Assembly: GCA_018675335.1 (NCBI GenBank)
Contig: JABGYH010000007.1
Location: forward strand, 111,902 to 175,901
Direction: 5' to 3'
Origin: Candidatus Woesearchaeota archaeon
Lineage (GTDB): Archaea > Nanobdellota > Nanobdellia > Woesearchaeales > UBA11576
DNA: 64,000 bases
Positions 1-9,240 of this stretch are shown here, piece after piece. A program made the translations under genes and the position numbers. The notes under the pieces are model-generated. The model saw nothing but the letters and a program-made list of their open reading frames with translations. It was not told where the DNA came from and searched no databases. Within the stretch, counting starts at the first letter, position 1. Each line of letters starts with the position of its first letter.

Positions 1-1
1 A

Positions 2-1171
2 AAAGAAGAAGATGAATTTAGCACAGACTTAGACGATATTGAAAAAGATGATGAAGGACTTAGCGCAAATGAACTTGAAGATTCAGACAAAAAGCTAGAT
101 GAAAATATGGATGATGATTTACTAGTTGAAGAAAAGGAAAAAATAGAGATTCCTGATGAAAAAACTACCGACGTTGAAGAAAAAACACAAAAGTTTTCAT
201 CCGCACTTAAAGATGATGAAGCAGCAAAATTAGACCTAAAAGAAGACGATCAAGCTGACTTGGAAGTAGCTGAAGAAATTAGTGAAAAAAAAGAAAAAAC
301 AGGATTTTTTGGAAAACTAAAACAAAAAGTTGCGGCAAAGACATTATCCGAATCAAAATTTGAAGATTTATTTTTTGAACTTGAAATAACATTACTTGAA
401 AATAATGTTGCAGTAGAAGTTATTGAAAAAATTAAAACAGATTTAAAAGAACGATTAGTCGATCATAAACTTAATCGATTTGAAATTGAAACAATAATTA
501 TGAGTACACTTAAAAAAAGCTTAAATGAAATACTAGATTTTGAGCCGTTTGATATTTTAGAAAAAGTTAAACATAAAAAACCATTCGTAATTACATTTGT
601 TGGAGTTAATGGCTGTGGAAAAACAACAACCATCGCAAAACTTGCAAGATTCTTTCAATCACAACAATTAAAACCAGTACTAGTTGCAGCAGATACATTT
701 AGAGCTGCAGCAATACAACAACTAGAAGAACATGCTAATCGCCTAGGTGTAAAAATGATCAAACATGATTATGGAAGTGATCCCGCAGCAGTAGCATTTG
801 ATGGAATAAAATATGCAGAATCAAAAGGTCTAGATGTAGTATTAATTGATACTGCAGGACGACTTCAATCAAACATAAACTTAATGGATGAAATGAAAAA
901 AATCATGAGAGTTGCAAATCCAGATCTTAAAATTTTTATTGGAGAATCAATAACTGGAAATGACTGCGTAGAACAAGCAAAAAAATTCAATGAAGCAGTA
1001 GAATTTGATGGAATAGTCTTATCAAAAGCAGATGTTGATGAAAAAGGCGGAGCTGCAATTTCAGTTTCATATGTTACAGGAAAACCAGTACTATTCATCG
1101 GAACTGGACAATCATATAAAGACTTAGAATTATTTAGTCGTACAAAAATCATGAAAACATTAGGATTTTAA
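2..1171 (+). CDS. ftsY: Signal recognition particle receptor FtsY. 5' partial: the reading frame is open to the window start. Acidic N-terminal domain followed by an NG GTPase domain.
   Basis: GVNGCGKTTTIAKLA P-loop, DTAGR and TGxGxxxK SRP-GTPase motifs. Frame 2 has no stop before the Met at 107. Confidence 0.88.
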   Translation, partial: KEEDEFSTDLDDIEKDDEGLSANELEDSDKKLDENMDDDLLVEEKEKIEIPDEKTTDVEEKTQKFSSALKDDEAAKLDLKEDDQADLEVAEEISEKKEKTGFFGKLKQKVAAKTLSESKFEDLFFELEITLLENNVAVEVIEKIKTDLKERLVDHKLNRFEIETIIMSTLKKSLNEILDFEPFDILEKVKHKKPFVITFVGVNGCGKTTTIAKLARFFQSQQLKPVLVAADTFRAAAIQQLEEHANRLGVKMIKHDYGSDPAAVAFDGIKYAESKGLDVVLIDTAGRLQSNINLMDEMKKIMRVANPDLKIFIGESITGNDCVEQAKKFNEAVEFDGIVLSKADVDEKGGAAISVSYVTGKPVLFIGTGQSYKDLELFSRTKIMKTLGF

Positions 1172-1263
1172 ACATTAGTAGGACAATAACATCTATCAAT
1201 CATAATAAATTTTATATATATCTCAAATATTTTCAAACTCATCAATAAAACCATAATTATGGG

Positions 1264-1896
1264 GTGGTATACTTGGATAAATTTAAAAAAGCATTTTTGC
1301 ATCCGTTTCAAGACGTAAAGTCAGTGATCATAGGATGTTTGTTAAATATTTTACCAATAATTAATTTCTTCTCAACAGGATATATTGTTGAAGCAGGAAA
1401 ACTAAGTTTAAAACACAAAAAAGCATTACCTAAATGGGAAAATTTTGGTCATTTATGGATCACAGGATTACTAGTATTTTTGTTCGGACTTATTTGGTCC
1501 ATACCTGCATTAATTTTAACATTTTTATTTGTTGGAAAACAATTCGTTTCAATGCTTACCACAGGCAGTGCTTTTGAAATGCTCCCAGGATTTAGTTCGG
1601 GAATTGTTTTAGTTGCAATAGTTTTTGTGTTAACATTTTATTTAATGCCTGCCGCACTAATGAACTTTATTAAAAAAGGACACTTTGGCGCAGCATTTGA
1701 ATTTAAAAAAATATTTTCAAAAGCTTTAACTGGAAAATATTTTGTCGTCTGGGCATTTTTTGTAGTAGTTTATTTTGTACTTTCATTTATTGCAAACTTA
1801 ATTCCTTTCGCAAATATAGTTTTAGCACCTGCAGCAGGATATATTGCATACATGATCGGCGTTACTGCAATCGCACATGTATGGGACAAATTATAA
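1264..1896 (+). CDS. Hypothetical polytopic membrane protein (DUF4013-like)
   Basis: About 5 hydrophobic helices. I recognise no catalytic motif. Confidence 0.5.
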   Translation: MVYLDKFKKAFLHPFQDVKSVIIGCLLNILPIINFFSTGYIVEAGKLSLKHKKALPKWENFGHLWITGLLVFLFGLIWSIPALILTFLFVGKQFVSMLTTGSAFEMLPGFSSGIVLVAIVFVLTFYLMPAALMNFIKKGHFGAAFEFKKIFSKALTGKYFVVWAFFVVVYFVLSFIANLIPFANIVLAPAAGYIAYMIGVTAIAHVWDKL

Positions 1897-1941
1897 AATT
1901 TTAGAAAGCTTAAATTAAATTTTTTATTTTTCTTTTCTTTG

Positions 1942-2601
1942 TTAATCAAATTCTATTTTATTATTATAAAAAACACCTTTGCTCAATGTAACCGGACGCC
2001 AAGTGTCATGAACGAGTTTTGCCTCCAACCAATCTGCTAATTCTTGTTCATTACCAATAGTTGCGCTGAGACCCACAATTTGAAGACCCACAATTAATTG
2101 TTTTAGAAGAGTTATAAGAATCTCCAATGTTGGACCTCGCCTTGGCTCATTTAAAAGATGTATTTCATCAATTACCACAACACCCACTTCTTTAATCCAA
2201 GGAGTCCTGTGACGAATTAATGAATCTAACTTTTCAGATGTACAAATAATTAAATCATATTTTGCAAGATGAGAATCCGATGCGTCAAGATCACCTATTG
2301 ATAATGCTATTTGAAACTTATCAGCATACTTTTTTTTAAATTCTTTATACTTCTCTGATGCTAGCGCCTTTAATGGGACAATATATATCGCCTTAGAATG
2401 TTTTTCTAAAACTGCATTAAGAATTGCCAGCTCACCCACCAAAGTCTTACCAGATGCAGTAGGCGTGCAAACTAAAAGATTCTTTTTTTGGAAAAGACCT
2501 GCAGCGATAGATTTTTTCTGAGAAGGACGAAACTCCACAATGTTTTGATCCTTAATTATATCAAAAATTCTTTTTGGCATTAACTTTTTTTCTGCATCCA
2601 T
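1942..2601 (-). pseudogene. Hel308/Ski2-type helicase, N-terminal RecA domain only (219 aa). Truncated gene fragment.
   Basis: Motif I TPTASGKT, motif II DEIH and motif III SAT are present. Motifs IV-VI and the winged-helix/ratchet domains are absent. The ORF stops 45 bp before the neighbouring gene. Confidence 0.6.
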
Positions 2602-2837
2602 TTTTAAAATTTATAAAAAATTTTAGAGTTTAATAAACTTAGTCTATGAAGAAGATGTTTTTAAATAATTTGGTTGGAAGTTATAGAAATTTTAAAGAGT
2701 TTATATTCTTTTTCACCCTAAACTGATGGTGAAAACACCTCTTTTCCCCTAACCGCTATTGTTTAGAACAACAAACTTTAAAAAAGACTGTTTAATATAA
2801 TAGAATGTAAGTTTTAACGCCAAAAAAGCTTAGATTC

Positions 2838-2866
2838 GGAGAGCAATCTCCTCTTTTTGTTTTTTG
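2838..2866 (+). terminator. Short hairpin (GGAGA-GCAA-TCTCC) followed by a T5GT6 tract. Could be a terminator for an upstream unannotated transcript.
   Basis: 5-bp inverted repeat plus a T-run seen directly. The stem is weak. Confidence 0.2.
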
Positions 2867-3070
2867 AGTATGCGAAAAGGATTGAAAGATCTTTTTTTCG
2901 CTCAAAATTCATTTTTAGATGTTTTTTTGATCTTAGGCGAGTTAAAATGGCTTTGAATTATATTTATAATTTTATTTTAATCAATTCAAAAATCAATAAC
3001 TTAATTTGAAAACAAGCATAAACACACCAAATAAATTTCATAATTAATTTAAATAAAAGGTTTAATAAAA

Positions 3071-4024
3071 ATGGCACATACACTACCCAAAGTTTATTTT
3101 TCTGTTGAAGAAGGATTTCAAAATTATCCTGAAGAGTTTTATAGAACAAGTAGAAGAATTTTATCAAAACTGAGCGATATAACTGACTTGTTTCTTGTAG
3201 TTCCAGGAGACTACAATTTAGAAAAAGGCACAATAAAAAAAGCATTTCGATTTCTTAGTCCAACACAATTACAACAAATTTTAGGCGAACATCAACCTGA
3301 AGGAGATATGTTCATAATTTATGGAGATGAAACTTCAAAAAATATAGGGTTAGAATTTGCAAAAAGACAATACCAATTTCTTCAAAATCTTAAGTCCGAA
3401 GGTGCGTTTAAACAATTTTTAAACGAACCTGAAACTGAAGAAGCAACTCTAAAAGATCGCCTAGTAGAATTATCAAAAGATCCTTCTTTAAACATAGCTG
3501 AAACTATTAGATATACTTCAAGAGATCAAACGAAAAGATTAATTCAAAAATATGGAGGACAAATTATTCTTAAACCAATTTTTGGTTGCAGAGGTTCAGG
3601 AGTAACTATTGTAACTTCACTAGATGATTTATTTGCTCAAGTTAATTCTGAAGATGAATTAAAACGAGATTACATACTTCAAGAACCGCTAGATGGATCA
3701 GAAGTTAGAGTTGTACTTCTTGATGACCAATTGCTTTGTTCTAGAGTACACCATAACAGAAAAACTCCTTGGGACACAACCAGATCACAAACAACTTATG
3801 ACCACTCCCCGACCACCGATGAATTAGAAATCACATCAAGAATATCCACCCAGGTTGGTGCATATCTGATCGGAGTTGATTTTATTGGACCTAAAGTTAA
3901 TGAAATCAATGGAACTGGAACTGGTTTAGTAATTTATGATCATACGGGAAATTTAATTTATGATAAAACTGACGAATTCGTACGCCATGTCATGAGTACA
4001 ATTCAAGAGGATCACCAAACATGA
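3071..4024 (+). CDS. ATP-grasp ligase, RimK/glutathione-synthetase-like
   Basis: C-terminal ATP-grasp motifs: ILKPIFGCRGSGV, then GAYLIGVDFIG...VNEINGTGTG (RimK-like GVDF/NEIN signature). Confidence 0.7.
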   Translation: MAHTLPKVYFSVEEGFQNYPEEFYRTSRRILSKLSDITDLFLVVPGDYNLEKGTIKKAFRFLSPTQLQQILGEHQPEGDMFIIYGDETSKNIGLEFAKRQYQFLQNLKSEGAFKQFLNEPETEEATLKDRLVELSKDPSLNIAETIRYTSRDQTKRLIQKYGGQIILKPIFGCRGSGVTIVTSLDDLFAQVNSEDELKRDYILQEPLDGSEVRVVLLDDQLLCSRVHHNRKTPWDTTRSQTTYDHSPTTDELEITSRISTQVGAYLIGVDFIGPKVNEINGTGTGLVIYDHTGNLIYDKTDEFVRHVMSTIQEDHQT

Positions 4025-5109
4025 ACGAAAAAATATTAATTTGTGGCGCAGGACAAGGAGGGCATGCAATTGCGGGCTATGCTGCAACATTAGGAAATGA
4101 AGTTAGTTTATACACTCACACCCCAAAAAAAGCAGAAATTATTTCTTCTAACGGCAACAAAATTAAATTAACAGGAATACTAGACGGTGAAGCGCAATTA
4201 AGAAGTATAACCACCAACCTCCAAGAAGCAGTTTCAGATAATAAATATATTTTCATAATTACCGATGCAACAGTTCATAAATACTATGCAGAAAGACTAG
4301 CACCAATCTTAACAGATCAACAAGTTATGTTAATTTCTCCAGGAATTGGAGGAGCACTTGAATTTTTAAATTTAGTTAATTCAATAAATCCTGATGCCAA
4401 CATAGGAGTTAGTGAAACAGATACATTAGTTTACGCGTGCAAAGTTCCAGAAATAGGAACTTCATATATTAAAACAGAAAAAAAAAGCATAATTTATTCT
4501 TCAGTTCCTAATGCGGAAGGAATTGCTGGACTTTTAAATGAACTGTATCCTCAATTTGAAGATGTAGGAAATCCTTTAATGGGCTTAGATGATAGTCCAG
4601 TATTTCATATTGTTGGAATGTTATATAATGCACACAGAATTTTAAATAAAGAAGATTTTAATTTTTATATTGGTGGAACGACAGAAGAAAGTGCAGAAAT
4701 AATGGAAGAAATGGATGCTGAAAGATGCGAGGTTGCCCGCGCAGTAGGAATTGAACCTAGAACTGTGCGTGAATGGTTAAACATCGCTTATGGCGTTGAA
4801 ATGAGTTCTTTATTTAACATGATACATGCGACACCCCCATACCAAAACACTCCTGAAATTCCAAATAGATCTCCTGCCCCAAAAACTCTCTTTCACAGAT
4901 ATTTGTTAGAAGAGATTCCTTTAAGAGCAGTTCCAACAGTTAGCATAGCAAGAATATTTGATATTCCAACTCCCCGATATGAAGAAATGGTCGGTAGAGC
5001 AAGAGAATTAACTGGAATTGATTTTTGGAAAACTGGAAGAACTCTTGAAGATATGGGATTAACAGAGCAAGATATAAAAAGATGGACCAATTCACATACT
5101 TGGAGATGA
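4021..5109 (+). CDS. Opine (octopine/nopaline-type) dehydrogenase family NAD(P) oxidoreductase
   Basis: By-eye alignment to Arthrobacter CENDH: GAGQGGHAIAGYAA Rossmann, SPGIGGALEF, MDAERCEVARA, DIPTPRY, DFWKTGRTLEDMGL. Start ATGA overlaps the upstream stop. Confidence 0.75.
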   Translation: MNEKILICGAGQGGHAIAGYAATLGNEVSLYTHTPKKAEIISSNGNKIKLTGILDGEAQLRSITTNLQEAVSDNKYIFIITDATVHKYYAERLAPILTDQQVMLISPGIGGALEFLNLVNSINPDANIGVSETDTLVYACKVPEIGTSYIKTEKKSIIYSSVPNAEGIAGLLNELYPQFEDVGNPLMGLDDSPVFHIVGMLYNAHRILNKEDFNFYIGGTTEESAEIMEEMDAERCEVARAVGIEPRTVREWLNIAYGVEMSSLFNMIHATPPYQNTPEIPNRSPAPKTLFHRYLLEEIPLRAVPTVSIARIFDIPTPRYEEMVGRARELTGIDFWKTGRTLEDMGLTEQDIKRWTNSHTWR

Positions 5110-5981
5110 AGTCTAATAGTCGAATAATCGCACCATCAAAAAAAATTTCTAAACACGAATTAATTAAGGGAATACAAAGATTACATAAAATAGGATTTAT
5201 CCCAAAATATAATTCAGATATTACTAGTTCAGATATTTATTTTGCAGGCACTTTGCAACGTCGTGTATTAGAAATCGAAACTGCACTTTTAGAAGTAAAA
5301 AATCCATTTATTTTTTGCGCTCGCGGAGGATATGCTTCTATGGAACTTCTCTCACACATTAATCCGAAGCTAATAAAAAAATCAAAAAAAACAATCATAG
5401 GCCATAGCGATATTACAGCATTACTCCTCGGTTTTTATAAAAAAGGATTTCAAGGCAATTTAATACACGGACCTAATATTTGCACTAAAAACTGGATTGA
5501 AAATTCAGTATCAGAAAAGTTATTAATTGATTGTTTAACAAATAAACCATACAAAATTAATTTAAAAAATCACACCCACATTTTAAATGAAAAAAGTTTT
5601 AATGGACACATAATAGGGGGAAATTTAAGAATTATTTGCCACATGATTGGCACAGAATATGAAATTGATACTAACAAAAAAATATTATTTTTAGAAGATG
5701 TTAACGAAAGACCTGCCGCAATATATAATATGTTACTTCACCTAAAATTGGCAGGAAAGTTAAAAAATATTAAAGCATTACTTATAGGAAATTTTCAAAA
5801 ATCAAGAAATTATTTAAAATTACTAGAAAAATTTATCAAAACTCTTAAAATACCAATTATTTATGAGCTTAGATTAGGCCACCAAAATAATATAATACCC
5901 ATAAGGCTAGGAGATTATGTTCATTATAATACCTTAACAAAAAATTTATCTTTTAAAAACAATAAACAAACAAAAAAATAA
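5082..5981 (+). CDS. S66-family LD-carboxypeptidase (LdcA/MccF-like)
   Basis: GHSDITALL nucleophile-Ser motif and a C-terminal GH-containing segment. Overlaps the upstream gene by 28 nt. Confidence 0.7.
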   Translation: MDQFTYLEMKSNSRIIAPSKKISKHELIKGIQRLHKIGFIPKYNSDITSSDIYFAGTLQRRVLEIETALLEVKNPFIFCARGGYASMELLSHINPKLIKKSKKTIIGHSDITALLLGFYKKGFQGNLIHGPNICTKNWIENSVSEKLLIDCLTNKPYKINLKNHTHILNEKSFNGHIIGGNLRIICHMIGTEYEIDTNKKILFLEDVNERPAAIYNMLLHLKLAGKLKNIKALLIGNFQKSRNYLKLLEKFIKTLKIPIIYELRLGHQNNIIPIRLGDYVHYNTLTKNLSFKNNKQTKK

Positions 5982-5998
5982 ATAATTTTTAAATATGT

Positions 5999-6616
5999 GT
6001 GATATTCATGAAACCATATAAACAAACAACGAGGTATACATCTGCGAGTAGTGCTCTATTGATGGTGTTGAATCACTTTGATTCTAAGTTTGAGTTAAGT
6101 CGCGATAACGAATTTTGGATTTGGCAGAGAAGTGCCACTCTTCCTACAAGAGGATCTTCCATATATGCGCTTGGGACTTTGGCTGCAAAAAAAGGAATTT
6201 CTGTATCCATTATTGTGGAAGAACCAGAATATAAATTTCCAGGATATAGATTTAAAGCATACAAGAAAAAAGAAATTGATGTTGCCAATTTTCGTTCAGA
6301 ATTATTTTACAAACAAGCAACCAAAGAAAATATTAAAATTGAAGAAAGAGATTTTGAATTAACTGAAGTTAAAGACTTACTTTGTCAAGGAAAATTGTTA
6401 ATGGTTAGATTAATAGTTGGAATTTTAAGACAAAGTAAATTAAATAGACGAAATCCACATTATGTTTTAATTACAAATTATGATTCTGATAAAAAAGAAT
6501 TTAAAATAATTGATACTCGAAAAGGAAAATTAAAAATTTCTGAAGAACTAATGATTGAAGCTTTTGAAACAGTACATACCTGCAAAAGAGATAATAGAAT
6601 GATCATATTTGGATAA
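5999..6616 (+). CDS. C39-like (papain-fold) peptidase domain protein. The canonical Cys is replaced, so it is possibly Ser-nucleophile or inactive.
   Basis: His in HYVLI followed about 17 residues later by IIDT, matching C39 His/Asp topology. The N-terminal TSASSALLMVL occupies the position of the CGxxxL nucleophile motif but has no Cys. Confidence 0.4.
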   Translation: MIFMKPYKQTTRYTSASSALLMVLNHFDSKFELSRDNEFWIWQRSATLPTRGSSIYALGTLAAKKGISVSIIVEEPEYKFPGYRFKAYKKKEIDVANFRSELFYKQATKENIKIEERDFELTEVKDLLCQGKLLMVRLIVGILRQSKLNRRNPHYVLITNYDSDKKEFKIIDTRKGKLKISEELMIEAFETVHTCKRDNRMIIFG

Positions 6617-6646
6617 AATATATTTTTAACTTATGTGTGCGAATCA

Positions 6647-7492
6647 TTATTTCTTTTTTCTTACGTTTTTAGAAATTGTTTTTACTTTTAATTTATTAGA
6701 AGTTATTTTTTTGAACTTTACATTTTTTTTAACAACTTTTACTAAATCATTTTGCACCAAACCATTTGATGCTATTAATTGCGAAGTATTAACTGTTGCA
6801 GATTTTCCTTTAAAATCACTCACACTTCCCCCTGATTCAGTTACAATTAATAATCCTGCCGCAATATCCCAACTATTAATACCATGCATAATACACCCAT
6901 CCAGTCTTCCCGCACCAACATATGCAAGTTCTAATGCCGCAGAACCTAACCTGCGAATTCTTAATTTATGTTTAATTAAATCAGAATAAATATTTACGGC
7001 TTCACGAGTTTCTTTATGGGTTTTTCTATGACCTAAATCAAGAACAGTTCCTTTTAGTGTTTTTGCACGCGACACTCTAATTGGTTTTCCATTTAATTCT
7101 GCGCCTTTGCCTTTTTCTGCACAAAACATCTCTTTAGTGTAAGGATTAAAAACAACTGCAACAACACTTTCATTATTTACTACAAGACCAATTGACACAT
7201 TAAAATAAGGAAGTTGAATTTTATAATTGGTTGTTCCGTCGATAGGATCAATAAACCACACATGATCCGAACTTAAATTTGTACACCCAAATTCTTCACC
7301 ACAAAAACCATGATCAGGAAATTCTTTTAAAATAATTTGTTTAATCTTTTTTTCAGATGCTTTGTCTGCATTGCTCACCAAAGAATCATCGTTTTTAAAT
7401 TCAAATGTTGCACAACCATAATTTTTTAGAATTATTTTTCCTGCAGCACGTGCTGCTTTAATTGCAACTTTTAATAATTTTGATTTCTTCAT
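6647..7492 (-). CDS. suhB: Inositol monophosphatase / archaeal FBPase-IMPase family, with a Lys-rich C-terminal tail
   Basis: WFIDPIDGTTNY metal-binding motif and WDIAAG motif. Confidence 0.8.
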   Translation of the reverse strand: MKKSKLLKVAIKAARAAGKIILKNYGCATFEFKNDDSLVSNADKASEKKIKQIILKEFPDHGFCGEEFGCTNLSSDHVWFIDPIDGTTNYKIQLPYFNVSIGLVVNNESVVAVVFNPYTKEMFCAEKGKGAELNGKPIRVSRAKTLKGTVLDLGHRKTHKETREAVNIYSDLIKHKLRIRRLGSAALELAYVGAGRLDGCIMHGINSWDIAAGLLIVTESGGSVSDFKGKSATVNTSQLIASNGLVQNDLVKVVKKNVKFKKITSNKLKVKTISKNVRKKK

Positions 7493-7555
7493 TTGTATGA
7501 TCTCTAATTTTTGTGTTTTTTATTAAATTTAATGTAAACTATTGTTAAATATAAA

Positions 7556-9151
7556 TTAAAATAAAGGATATGACATCTCATTAGGAATTGGAAGATCCAT
7601 TAATTTAAGAATCGTCGGTGCAACATTTGCAATACTACTTTTTTTCTTAGTTAATTTTATGTTATTATTTGAAAATTTATTATTTTCTTCAAGGATTAAA
7701 ATTAAAGGAACTTTATTTGTAGTATGACTTGTTTTATGAACTCCTGCCATTTCTTCAGCATTGCCATGATCTGCAGTAACAATTATATTGTAATTATTTA
7801 ATTTTGCAACTTTCATTACTTTTTCTAAACAAGCATCAGTTATTTGAACTGCATTAATTGCAGCATCAAGATATCCTGTGTGTCCAACCATATCCGGATT
7901 TGAAAAATTTATTAAAATAAAATCTTGAGACTTATTTTTAATTTGTGAAACTACCTTTTTAGTTATTTCATTTGCTCTCATTTGAGGAGTTTCATCATAA
8001 GTTTTAACTTTGCGACTAGGAATAATTATTCGATCTTCTTTTTTGAATGGAGTTTCTTTTCCCCCATTAAAGAAAAAAGTAACATGCGCATATTTTTCCG
8101 TTTCAGCAATCCTTAATTGAGATTTATTATTTTTAAATAAAATTTCACCCAAAGTGTTTTTAGGCAAGGAAGGAGGAAACGCCACAGGTGCTTTAATTTT
8201 TTTATCATATTGAGCAAGACACACAAAATCAAGATCGAAAATCTTTTTTCGTTTAAACTCAAGAAATTTTCCTTGAACAAACGCTTTGGTTATTTCTCTT
8301 GCGCGATCTCCTCTGAAATTAAAAAATATCATCGAGTCATTTTTATCAACTGTTGAATTATCAGTTATTGTTGGAGGAATAAACTCATCAGTAATTCCTT
8401 TTTTATAAAAATCTTTTATTAAATTTTTAATCTGTTTAATTGACATAAATCCAGGATGTTTTTTACGATGATCTTTTTTACTCACCAAGGATTCATACGC
8501 CCTATGTTCTCTGTGCCACCTATGATCCCTATCCATACCATAATACCTGCCAATAATTGTTGAAATTACTACTTTAATTTTTAAAGTGCGTAATTTTTTT
8601 CCTAATAAATCAAAATATTTTAAAGCGCTCATTGGAGGTACATCTCTACCGTCGAGAATAGGGTGAAAATAAACCGTTTTAATCCCTTTTGACCCCATTA
8701 ATTTTAGAATTGCGAATAAATGATTAATGTGTGCATGAACTCCTGCATCACTAAATAAACCCAACAAATGCATTTTACTTTTATTTTTTTTAACGTGCGT
8801 AATTGATTTAAGAAGTGCTTTATTTTTGAAAAATGAACCATTTTTAATTGACCTATTAATTAAAACTAATTCTTGAGGAATTACTCTTCCAGCACCAAGA
8901 TGAAGATGACCTACTTCACTATTTCCAATTACTGATTTTGGGAGCCCAACACTTGGCCCACTTGCGTCAAGTAACATATGAGAATTTTTTTTCCAAAGAG
9001 AATCAAAACAAGGAGTTTTAGCTTTTTGAATCGCATTATTTACTTGGCTAGTTCTTATTCCCCAACCGTCCAGAACAATTAGCACAGATTTGGAACTAGA
9101 ATTTATTTTAGACTGCCCGCGCTTAGAACTCTGTTTAGTTGTCATTTTCAC
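7556..9151 (-). CDS. gpmI: 2,3-bisphosphoglycerate-independent phosphoglycerate mutase, bacterial GpmI type
   Basis: VLIVLDGWGIR N-terminus, metalloenzyme domain DHGNAEEM, length 531 aa. Confidence 0.85.
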   Translation of the reverse strand: MKMTTKQSSKRGQSKINSSSKSVLIVLDGWGIRTSQVNNAIQKAKTPCFDSLWKKNSHMLLDASGPSVGLPKSVIGNSEVGHLHLGAGRVIPQELVLINRSIKNGSFFKNKALLKSITHVKKNKSKMHLLGLFSDAGVHAHINHLFAILKLMGSKGIKTVYFHPILDGRDVPPMSALKYFDLLGKKLRTLKIKVVISTIIGRYYGMDRDHRWHREHRAYESLVSKKDHRKKHPGFMSIKQIKNLIKDFYKKGITDEFIPPTITDNSTVDKNDSMIFFNFRGDRAREITKAFVQGKFLEFKRKKIFDLDFVCLAQYDKKIKAPVAFPPSLPKNTLGEILFKNNKSQLRIAETEKYAHVTFFFNGGKETPFKKEDRIIIPSRKVKTYDETPQMRANEITKKVVSQIKNKSQDFILINFSNPDMVGHTGYLDAAINAVQITDACLEKVMKVAKLNNYNIIVTADHGNAEEMAGVHKTSHTTNKVPLILILEENNKFSNNNIKLTKKKSSIANVAPTILKLMDLPIPNEMSYPLF

Positions 9152-9240
9152 CTCTACAAATATTTGAAACGATTAAATAAAAAAATAAAAAATTAAATAA
9201 AATAAATATTTTAACTTAATCTTATAACCATTACATTAAA

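Noticed and set aside
865-1152. 95-aa antisense ORF inside ftsY
   Set aside because: Entirely embedded opposite a confidently identified gene. Low-complexity translation with no motif.
2964-3245. 93-aa minus-strand ORF overlapping the promoter and start of the ATP-grasp gene
   Set aside because: L/F/K-rich translation typical of antisense AT-rich sequence. It conflicts with a well-supported + strand gene.
6633-6989. 118-aa + strand ORF overlapping the IMPase gene
   Set aside because: Antisense to a gene with the diagnostic DPIDGT motif. Hydrophobic low-complexity product.
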